Virus record (IMG/VR): IMGVR_UViG_3300014039_000006
Length of the DNA stretch: 64,000 bases
Source: a virus
Reading direction: 5' to 3' (one strand)
Below are positions 37,515-44,611 of the stretch, one piece after another (position 1 is the stretch's first letter; each line of letters begins with the position of its first letter). Made by a program: the position numbers and the translations under genes. The notes below the pieces were generated by a model. That model worked only from the letters and a program-made list of their open reading frames with translations, was not told the DNA's origin and made no database searches.

Positions 37515-37568
37515 TGGCAAAGCCGGGGAATCGAACCCCGGAAAATACCGTCTATTCTTGTCTATGCC
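37515..37568 (-). ncRNA. acceptor/T-arm minihelix (tRNA-like) 2
   Basis: GGCAUAG-20 nt-CCGGGG-UUCGAUU-CCCCGG-CUUUGCC-A. Its 5' strand contains the TAG stop of the upstream ORF. Confidence 0.45.
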
Positions 37569-37834
37569 AAAATCATTCTAGCCGTACTATATACATACTG
37601 TCTATTAAAACGGTGATGCTTGAAATCTCCAACGCTTTCAATTCTTTCTGCCGTGTTGGGATATTTCAAAGAAAAAACCGTGAAATACTTATCGAGCAGA
37701 TCATCCGGACACTCTAAACAGTTTATCGCGCTCTGAATCTCGCTTTTGTTACTGTTCTGGTAGATCCCGTCAATCTTCACGCCTTTTTCTTCCTGTAATT
37801 GCTCCAATTTCTTAAGCATTTCGTATTTTGTCAT
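37562..37834 (-). CDS. hypothetical protein
   Basis: 90 aa starting from MTKYEMLKKLEQ, with an AGGAAG RBS. Confidence 0.5.
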   Translation of the reverse strand: MTKYEMLKKLEQLQEEKGVKIDGIYQNSNKSEIQSAINCLECPDDLLDKYFTVFSLKYPNTAERIESVGDFKHHRFNRQYVYSTARMILA

Positions 37835-37854
37835 AATATTTTCTTCCTTTCTGC

Positions 37855-37918
37855 CCTGTCTCATCGGTACAGGTGGGGCGGTTCCTGTAGACGGTGGATT
37901 TTCCACCGTTTCGACTAT
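37855..37918 (-). ncRNA. hammerhead-like motif HH-2 (type II topology)
   Basis: UAGUC-GAAAC-GGUGG-aaaau-CCACC-GUC|UACAGG-aaccgcccca-CCUGUA-CCGAUGA-GAC. Core position 4 is C, not U. Confidence 0.45.
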
Positions 37919-38058
37919 CTACAACTATTTAATTCAATGCATTTGTGGTTGCAATCTTCAATGCTTCCGGCAAATACGATTATATCGTTTCCGTCCTCAC
38001 TCTTTTCTACTACGCAAAAGCCAAAATAATTATGATATGTTATATAATATTCGTTCAT
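37915..38058 (-). CDS. hypothetical 47-aa ORF
   Basis: GGGGAAAGG RBS. MNEYYITYHNYFGFCVVEKSEDGNDIIVFAGSIEDCNHKCIELNSCR. Confidence 0.4.
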   Translation of the reverse strand: MNEYYITYHNYFGFCVVEKSEDGNDIIVFAGSIEDCNHKCIELNSCR

Positions 38059-38074
38059 TCCTTTCCCCTTCTAG

Positions 38075-38137
38075 CCTGTCATCATCGGAGCCGGGCGGCT
38101 GTCCCACGGCTGACGCTCCGGAGAGCGTTTCGACTAT
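38075..38137 (-). ncRNA. hammerhead-like motif HH-1 (type II topology)
   Basis: UAGUC-GAAAC-GCUC-uccg-GAGC-GUC|AGCCG-N13-CGGCU-CCGAUGA-U-GAC. Stems covary with HH-2. Confidence 0.45.
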
Positions 38138-38319
38138 TTGTTTTCAATTTCTTCTTTATATCTTTCTGCTTCTTCCAGTGTTGCGAAGTGTTTGCCAAAT
38201 CCGCAATATGCAAATGTCTTTCCACCGTCAACGCTTCTAAAGATCATAGCGTTGTAGTTGTAAATGTTTGCGACTGGAAAATGTAATTTCTGGATTTCTA
38301 CCTTTTCGATTGTTTTCAT
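38134..38319 (-). CDS. hypothetical protein
   Basis: 61 aa with an AAGGAGAG RBS. First gene of the minus-strand small-ORF operon. Confidence 0.5.
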   Translation of the reverse strand: MKTIEKVEIQKLHFPVANIYNYNAMIFRSVDGGKTFAYCGFGKHFATLEEAERYKEEIENK

Positions 38320-38359
38320 ATTTGACTCTCCTTTTTGTTTGGTTTGTTTTCTTGTTGAT

Positions 38360-38525
38360 ATTAATATAACACGATAACGTCATATTTGCAATATAAAATA
38401 TGTAACAAAATTAATAAAAAATCGCATCCATTAATTGTTTAATATGTATAACGATAACGTTGTAATAATAACACGATATAATATTTGTTGACATGGATAA
38501 AACAATATGCTATCGTTATATGCAG
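38360..38525. promoter_or_regulatory. divergent promoter region with four ATAACnCGATAAC-type operator repeats
   Basis: Copies at about 38365, 38447 and 38467, plus an inverted one at 38509. Minus-strand promoter TTGCAA (38391-38386)-17 nt-TATATT (38368-38363). Plus-strand TTGACA at 38488. Confidence 0.5.
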
Positions 38526-38565
38526 ATAATATAAAACATAGCCAATAGAAAGCGAGGTAGTAAGA

Positions 38566-38769
38566 ATGCCGGCAACAAAAGCACATATTAAAGCAACAAC
38601 CAAATACGAGAAAAAAGCGTATTTTAAAACTTTGGTAAGATTTAAAAAATCAGATGAAGAAAAGATCAGAGAAGCAGCAGCCGGAAATCTAAATGGATTT
38701 ATAGTTGATTGTGTACTGAAAGCAATTAATGACGTAAGCGAAAATAATTTAATAGGTGCAAAAGAATAG
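38566..38769 (+). CDS. small RHH/Arc-like regulator candidate
   Basis: 67 aa. Shares Y..K.Y....V.F.K...EKIRE.....NGF..CVLKAIN with the N-terminus of 38956-39372. Confidence 0.5.
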   Translation: MPATKAHIKATTKYEKKAYFKTLVRFKKSDEEKIREAAAGNLNGFIVDCVLKAINDVSENNLIGAKE

Positions 38770-38790
38770 GGACGGGAAACCGTCCTTTTT
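38770..38790 (+). terminator. rho-independent terminator
   Basis: GGACGG-gaaa-CCGTCC-TTTTT. Confidence 0.75.
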
Positions 38791-38824
38791 CTATGGGATC
38801 CCCGGATATGGAATAGTTATATAA

Positions 38825-38935
38825 CATGATATATAATAATTTCTATATGGTAATTATTATATAGTGATTCTGTATGATATTTACTATATAATAATTCTGT
38901 GTTAAAATTACTATATAGTAATTCGTATATAATAA
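38825..38935. promoter_or_regulatory. array of about 19-bp TTAYTATATARTRATTC direct repeats (operator candidates)
   Basis: At least four copies, at about 38829, 38853, 38881 and 38908, upstream of 38956. Confidence 0.5.
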
Positions 38936-38955
38936 TCATAACAGGAGGTTTTACA

Positions 38956-39372
38956 ATGGCATTACCGAAATATGTTAAAAAGGCGCAGAATAACTATAAT
39001 TCTAAGTTTGATCTTGTGCAAATTAAACTACCAAAAGGAACAAAGGAAAAGATCCGGGAAATAATCAAAGAAAATGATACTATAAGCGGATTCTGTTTAA
39101 AAGCTGTCCTAAATGCAATCGAAAACGGAAGCAGTGCGCAGGATCCCGGAGCAGTACCCGGTGAATCGGATCCGGATTTTGAGGAATACGACGAGAAGAG
39201 ACAACAGCAAGAACTACAAGCCATGCTGGACGCTGCCAGAGCGAGACACGCAGCCAATAATTACGAGGACAGGGAGCAGAAGCGCAGAGATACCATCGCG
39301 GCAGCTTCGGACATCAACGAAGGAGTGGCTGACTACAAGAAACCCGACCCGGAGACCTACTTAAACGATTGA
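38956..39372 (+). CDS. regulator candidate, paralogous N-terminus to 38566 protein, acidic/Q-rich tail
   Basis: MALPKYVKKAQNNYNSKFDLVQIKLPKGTKEKIREIIKENDTISGFCLKAVLNAIENG. GGAGG RBS. Confidence 0.5.
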   Translation: MALPKYVKKAQNNYNSKFDLVQIKLPKGTKEKIREIIKENDTISGFCLKAVLNAIENGSSAQDPGAVPGESDPDFEEYDEKRQQQELQAMLDAARARHAANNYEDREQKRRDTIAAASDINEGVADYKKPDPETYLND

Positions 39373-39683
39373 AATTTGATTTTTACCCATTAGGTGGATA
39401 AATTATCAAGAAAAGATTTAAAAACCTTGTATAAGACGATTTGAACCCTTAAAAAGGTTTTTAGTGTAACGGGTCAGCCAAAAGAGAAAACCGGACAATT
39501 TTTTCCCAACCCGGCACTTTTATTCCTGACCTCTGCCCCTATTATATTTATAACAGTAGTGTATATTAAAGGTCTCTGTATGTAAATTCTTGGCTACTCA
39601 CTACAGTTTAGAAAAAATATAGATTATGAGGGGGAATAATGGCCGGAGTTGCGGATGCAACCCGGAGCGCAGCGGAACATGGA

Positions 39684-39799
39684 GGATATAAATAAACATC
39701 TTTTCAGTTTATTTATATCCGACCGAGTGATAAATAAACATCTTTTCAGTTTATTTATCACGAGTACAGATATTGAACATCTTTTCAGTTCAATATCTG
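39684..39799 (+). repeat. three tandem hairpins sharing the loop AUCUUUUCA
   Basis: H1 39684-39720 (14 bp), H2 39727-39761 (13 bp), H3 39767-39799 (12 bp). H3 has a different stem sequence but the same AAC-loop-GTT. Confidence 0.7.
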
Positions 39800-39824
39800 A
39801 ACACTACTGATATACCTAAACAAT

Positions 39825-39942
39825 CTCAACGTAAATAAAGCCAATAAACTATCGTTTAGTCAATACATTGTTTTTATAACACTCTCAACGTAGATACTAC
39901 CAATAACTTACCGTGTAGCCAATAACTTATATTTATAACACT
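39825..39942 (+). repeat. 59-bp imperfect tandem direct repeat x2 (iteron-like)
   Basis: CTCAACGTA at 39825 and 39884, CCAATAA at 39841 and 39900, TTATAACACT at 39874 and 39933. All are offset by 59 bp. Confidence 0.65.
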
Positions 39943-40274
39943 ATTATTTACACTGTATATATTATATATAAGGGGAAGTGATTTTGAAACCGACAAATTG
40001 TTGACGAAAATTAGTTGTTGCATCATTCCGGTATTTAGTGTATCGTTAAATCATAAGTTGAACAGTGAAAACTTAATATCGTACAACACACATTAGTTTT
40101 ACCAGTTATGCAAGTTTTATTTTTGTTTGATTCATCAAAAAGAGTTTTACAGTTTACAGTTACATTTACGATTTGATTACCAAGGAAGTGTTTAGAGATT
40201 GACGCTATAATTGCGTTTATTTCTTGATACTTCCTTTTTTGTTTGCCCAAAATACCGAGAAAGGAGCCGGAACG

Positions 40275-41054
40275 ATGAACGAAGAAAAGAAAGTTGAAGT
40301 TGTCAGTTTTGCGGATCAGGTAGAAGCCGAATTTATCCGGCTTTATGAACAGTACCGGATAGCAGACGCCCCAGAGCGAAGAGTCCCGGATATGATCGAC
40401 GCTATCTGGCCGAAGATCTACAAGAAGATTTTTGAACTGGATGAGTCCGAATCCTGGATTAATTGCAGTCATACAAGATTAAGGACTTGGAGATATTTAG
40501 ACGTTGAATCTGTATGTGACGCCTATATAAATCTTTGCCGTGTATACGGTGGAAAGATTAAACTTAATTCTTTCTGTGAATTAACTGGTATACATAGATA
40601 TACTCTAGATCTATGGCATGAAAAAAATATAAATAATACTGTTATATTTGAATTATCCGAAAAAGATATAGAGAAAGAATATAAGGAGACCGTATATATA
40701 TTTAATAATATAAATGGCGAGGATATTGTTAGAAGACCTGAATGGAATGAGATGAGGTTAAGTACTAAAAGAATCGACGTGCGACAAAAAATTGTCACTG
40801 CTGCCCGAGAGCAGAGCCGAAATGCAAGGTCAATTGACACTGTTGGTAATATCCAGATGAGCAACAATGATGAGGAACTCGGTTTCTTGTATGATACTAA
40901 ACGAGATTTCAGAAAAGAGAGCATCAGACAGGCGTTAACAGTGGATGATCTGCCAAAACTGGGAAATCTTAACAGGGGCACAGAAACACAAGATATAGTA
41001 TGTAACGCAATACCGAATACTACATATGCGAAAATGACAGAAAATAGCGAATAA
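40275..41054 (+). CDS. hypothetical protein (possible HTH; small-terminase role not established)
   Basis: 259 aa with an AAGGAG RBS. The NSFCELTGIHRYTLDLW segment is HTH-like. Confidence 0.5.
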   Translation: MNEEKKVEVVSFADQVEAEFIRLYEQYRIADAPERRVPDMIDAIWPKIYKKIFELDESESWINCSHTRLRTWRYLDVESVCDAYINLCRVYGGKIKLNSFCELTGIHRYTLDLWHEKNINNTVIFELSEKDIEKEYKETVYIFNNINGEDIVRRPEWNEMRLSTKRIDVRQKIVTAAREQSRNARSIDTVGNIQMSNNDEELGFLYDTKRDFRKESIRQALTVDDLPKLGNLNRGTETQDIVCNAIPNTTYAKMTENSE

Positions 41055-41361
41055 AAATAGAGTATAGTCTATTTTTACGCATGAAAAATTGTGCAATATG
41101 ACCAACGAATCCGGAATGACTCCTTGACTACCAGAAGCACCCGGGAGGGGTTACACGGGAGCCGCCGAAACCGCCCGCTTAGCCCCACAACCACCCGCAA
41201 AATCAAAAGCCGTTTATCCAAAACAGATAAACAATGCAAGGACAATCCAATCCTTAAAAAATTTTTTAAAAACAAAAAGGAGAAAGATAAAATGAGAAGA
41301 TAAAACGCACAATGGGAAATTTAAAAAATAAAAGACCTCTCCGAAGAGAAGTCCTTTACAA

Positions 41362-41520
41362 TTATTTCCCAATGCTTTTTAAATAAGCATCCAGGGATTT
41401 ATCCAATATTTTACTCATTGGTATGCCGCTTTCGTCGGAATACTCCTTTAATCTCCGGTGTATTTCCTTGTCAATAGAACTTGAAATAAAAATACGGTTT
41501 TTCAATCTTCTGTCAGCCAT
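41362..41520 (-). CDS. ribbon-helix-helix small regulator
   Basis: 52 aa: MADRRLKNRIFISSSIDKEIHRRLKEYSDESGIPMSKILDKSLDAYLKSIGK. Divergent from the resolvase. Not in the ORF track. Confidence 0.5.
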   Translation of the reverse strand: MADRRLKNRIFISSSIDKEIHRRLKEYSDESGIPMSKILDKSLDAYLKSIGK

Positions 41521-41648
41521 GTAATCACCTCCTTTGGTGGATTATACAATAAAATTCCATATAGTTCAATAAGCTACTTGAAATTTTATCTAAAATGCTA
41601 TATACTTATAGAAAAGTACATAAGCATTTATAAAAAGGAGATTGGACT

Positions 41649-42224
41649 ATGAAAATTGGGTATGTGAGAGTTTCAACAGTGGATCAGAATGAAGATCGAC
41701 AGATTGAGGGACTTGAAAAGTATGGAATTGAAAAATGGTACATGGAGAAGGTTTCCGGGAAAAACATGAACCGGGAGCAGCTACAGGAAATGCTTTCTTG
41801 CATAAAAGAAGGAGATACCGTTTATGTACATGATTTTAGCCGATTGGCAAGAAGTACCAAGGATTTATTGGAAATCGTAGAAGTCCTTAATAAAAAGGGC
41901 GTTCACCTTGTAAGTAACAAGGAAAACATTGATACGTCTACTCCACAAGGAAAATTGATGGTAACAATGCTTGCTGCAATTTACGAGTTTGAGAGAACAA
42001 ATATGCTTGAACGTCAGGCAGAGGGAATTGAAATTGCAAAGAGGAAAAAGGTTTACAAGGGAAGAAAGCCGAAAGATATTTCCAGAGAGCAGATAATTGA
42101 CGGCCTTAAGAGATACAAAGACGGACTTGTTACGAAAAAGGATCTCGCAAAGGAAATCGGGGTTTCGATTCCGACGCTTAACAAGAACTTTGACGAATTT
42201 GATCTTGGGAACAGTAAAGAATGA
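41649..42224 (+). CDS. small serine recombinase (resolvase/invertase family)
   Basis: MKIGYVRVSTVDQNEDRQ. 191 aa with a C-terminal HTH. Confidence 0.9.
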   Translation: MKIGYVRVSTVDQNEDRQIEGLEKYGIEKWYMEKVSGKNMNREQLQEMLSCIKEGDTVYVHDFSRLARSTKDLLEIVEVLNKKGVHLVSNKENIDTSTPQGKLMVTMLAAIYEFERTNMLERQAEGIEIAKRKKVYKGRKPKDISREQIIDGLKRYKDGLVTKKDLAKEIGVSIPTLNKNFDEFDLGNSKE

Positions 42225-42367
42225 AAATTTTTGGAAAAGAAATAAACGACGAATGTAAAAATTGCGGAAAGATTCTTGAATGCGAATTATTCCGTCAAGG
42301 TCACGGGATTGGCGTTGAGCGTACCAATGTATCAGAAATGGTACGATGCCAATTAGACCACTATCAA

Positions 42368-42440
42368 AGGGATATCGCCAAGCGGTAACGGCACAGGATT
42401 TTGATTCCTGTATTCGTGGGTTCGAATCCCACTATCCCCG
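42368..42440 (+). tRNA. tRNA-Gln (anticodon UUG)
   Basis: Manual cloverleaf. D arm GCC(A)/GGC, anticodon stem CAGGA/UCCUG with loop UUUUGAU, T arm GUGGG-UUCGAAU-CCCAC. The acceptor has an A1-C72 mismatch. No encoded CCA. Confidence 0.75.
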
Positions 42441-42639
42441 TTTGGGTTACTTTTTCATAGCCCATGACATTTTCTCCTTTATACGTAAACCCACTAGCGG
42501 AAAGCTGTTAAGGACCGTCACAAGGTCCGGTGGGATTCTATGGATGGTGCATTCCATAACCGTAAAGACGGACACCAAAGAAATCCTTTCTAAGTGTTAA
42601 ATGTACAGTGCCGGTTCTGATGCACGGAGCCGGTGCGCA

Positions 42640-42717
42640 TGGATAGTATGCAAACGGGTAAGCAAAAGGTCGAAAGACCGGATCAGCATTGCAAGGTTCA
42701 AGTCCTTGCCTATCCAC
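42640..42717 (+). ncRNA. tRNA-like RNA lacking an anticodon loop
   Basis: 7-bp acceptor UGGAUAG/CUAUCCA, a D-arm-like UGC-AAACGGGUAA-GCA and T arm (G)CAAGG-UUCAAGU-CCUUG(C). The anticodon arm is replaced by GGUC-GAAA-GACC. Confidence 0.55.
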
Positions 42718-42887
42718 TCTCCGTAAGGCCATACGGAGCCTAGGAGCCGGTCATAGATATGTTGCAAGCAGAAATGACGGTGAAAAACTTATATTCGTGG
42801 TGAGAAGCTAAAACGTGAGACAACATAGCCGTTTGGTAGCGAATAGCATTCTTGAAGTTTCAAATGGGTTTATAGGGGATGCCATAA

Positions 42888-43003
42888 CGGATAGTAGCTC
42901 AATAGGAAGAGCAGTATTTGAAAAATGTGTTAACAAAACACTAACAGCAATTACTTTTTTCAGGGGCGCATACGTGTTGGCGGTTCGAGTCCGTCCTATC
43001 CGA
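42888..43003 (+). ncRNA. tRNA-like RNA with about 60-nt extended arm in place of the anticodon stem-loop
   Basis: Acceptor CGGAUAG/CUAUCCG, D arm GCUC-AAUAGGAA-GAGC, T arm GGCGG-UUCGAGU-CCGUC. The arm has helices GUAU/AUAC, UGAAAAA/UUUUUCA and GUGUU/AACAC. Confidence 0.55.
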
Positions 43004-43149
43004 TTTACAACGCACACAGCAATTACAATGGACAAAACAGATAATTTTGAAACCAATAAATGCGTTGTTTTTATACAACCCTAACAGCAAACAATAATTA
43101 TTTTTCTTTGGGCAAAAATGAAAAACAAGGGTTGGGAAAGGTGAAAAAA

Positions 43150-44610
43150 ATGGAATTTTCAGAAGCAATGAGAAATGACGGGAAGTTTACAAGAACGGAA
43201 AATGGTGCTGTTGCGTTAAACACAACAGGAAATTCGTGCCTTGATCTTTTTGGAACGATAGGTTCATTAAGATGCGCTGATAAAGTAAGGATTGAAACCA
43301 TGTTTGCGGAAGCATACAAAGAAAATCCATTACTTGCTACAAAATGCGTATTTTACGCAAGAGACATTAGATGCGGTCTTGGCGAGAGAAAAACATTTAG
43401 AACACTTATTAAGTATATGGCAGAAAATCACCCAGAATCTATTCGCAATAATATTGATTTGATTGGCTTTTACGGAAGATATGATGATCTTTATTCTCTT
43501 GTCGGAACGCAACTTGAAGATGAAATGTTTTCTTCGATGAAAGATCAGTTTGAAAAAGATCTGGACTCCATGGAAAAAGGTTGCGCAGTTTCGCTTCTTG
43601 GAAAATGGATTAAAACAAGCGCAACCAGAAACAAAGACGGTAAGCAACTTGGAATTTTGACGGCTGAAAAATTAGGATATGAGAACAAAGAATTTAATAT
43701 TCTTGTTCGTAAATTACGGTCTTATATAGGGATTGTTGAAAGGGATATGTCTGCCGGAAACTGGGATAAAATTAAATATCCGGAAGTACCTAGCCGTGCA
43801 ATGATGCTTTATAGAAAAGCGTTTGAAAGACACGATGCAGAAAGATTTTCGGATTTTACAAGAAAAGCGTTATCTGGCGAAGAAAAAATCAATTCTTCTA
43901 CGCTTTACCCATATGATATTGTCGAAAAAATATTATATAGTGGAAAAAATAGTGAAGTATTAGAAGCACAATGGAAGCAACTTCCTGACTACGTGGAAAA
44001 AGGAACAAATGCTTTGGTTATGGCAGATGTATCGGGATCCATGTATGGAAGACCAATGGCAACATCAATTGGCCTTGCAATTTACTTTGCAGAGAGAAAT
44101 GTCGGTGCATATCATAATCTGTTTATGACATTTTCCAGTATGCCAAAAACAGTTGCCTTAAAGGGAGAAACGCTTGAACAGAAGATATGCAATGTGAGCA
44201 GAGCGAATTGGAGCATGAATACAGATCTTCAAGCGGCTTTCTATAAAGTCCTTGAAATTGCGAAAAAAAACAATGTTTCACGGGAAGAAATGCCAAAATC
44301 TATTATTGTTATTTCTGATATGGAAATTGATGCTTGCGGAGACGAAGACTGGTCTTTCTATGACAATACGGCAAAGAAATTTAATGAGTCCGGTTATGAT
44401 ATTCCAAACATTATTTTTTGGAATGTAAACAGCAGAAGCAATGTATTTCACGCAGATGCGGACAGAAAAGGAGTTCAAATTTGCAGCGGACAGTCAACCA
44501 CAGTCTTTAAGCAATTGATTGGTTGCATTGGCTTTACTCCGGTTGAAATGATGAAAAAAGTTTTATGCTCTGAAAGATACGAGAATATTTCGATAGTGGG
44601 GAAAGCCTAG
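43150..44610 (+). CDS. DUF2828-like protein: N-terminal helical-repeat domain + C-terminal vWA/MIDAS (Ro60/TROVE-like architecture)
   Basis: FTRTENGAVALNTTGNSCLDLFG near the N-terminus. MIDAS VMADVSGSM. 486 aa from ATG 43150. Confidence 0.7.
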   Translation: MEFSEAMRNDGKFTRTENGAVALNTTGNSCLDLFGTIGSLRCADKVRIETMFAEAYKENPLLATKCVFYARDIRCGLGERKTFRTLIKYMAENHPESIRNNIDLIGFYGRYDDLYSLVGTQLEDEMFSSMKDQFEKDLDSMEKGCAVSLLGKWIKTSATRNKDGKQLGILTAEKLGYENKEFNILVRKLRSYIGIVERDMSAGNWDKIKYPEVPSRAMMLYRKAFERHDAERFSDFTRKALSGEEKINSSTLYPYDIVEKILYSGKNSEVLEAQWKQLPDYVEKGTNALVMADVSGSMYGRPMATSIGLAIYFAERNVGAYHNLFMTFSSMPKTVALKGETLEQKICNVSRANWSMNTDLQAAFYKVLEIAKKNNVSREEMPKSIIVISDMEIDACGDEDWSFYDNTAKKFNESGYDIPNIIFWNVNSRSNVFHADADRKGVQICSGQSTTVFKQLIGCIGFTPVEMMKKVLCSERYENISIVGKA

Positions 44611-44611
44611 A

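Noticed and set aside
37326-37568. Genuine tRNA or tmRNA genes on the minus strand (GGTTCGATTCC hits)
   Set aside because: Only the acceptor and T arms are present. The linkers of 13 and 20 nt cannot form D and anticodon arms. No tmRNA-type tag reading frame or pseudoknots were found.
38058-38134. ORF61 and ORF47 on the minus strand share a frame and are separated only by two TAG codons, suggesting readthrough fusion
   Set aside because: The intervening 20+4 codons coincide with the ribozyme-like RNA and translate to an implausible peptide. Sharing a frame has a 1-in-3 chance expectation, and the next ORF is not in frame.
39684-39799. Possible CRISPR array
   Set aside because: There are only three units separated by 5-6 nt, with no spacers of CRISPR length. 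The unit stems differ while the loop is conserved. No cas genes are present.
40275-41054. Calling this gene the small terminase subunit
   Set aside because: It lies 4.7 kb upstream of TerL, with a resolvase, the RNA genes and the vWA gene in between. Only a short HTH-like segment supports the call, so it is left as hypothetical.
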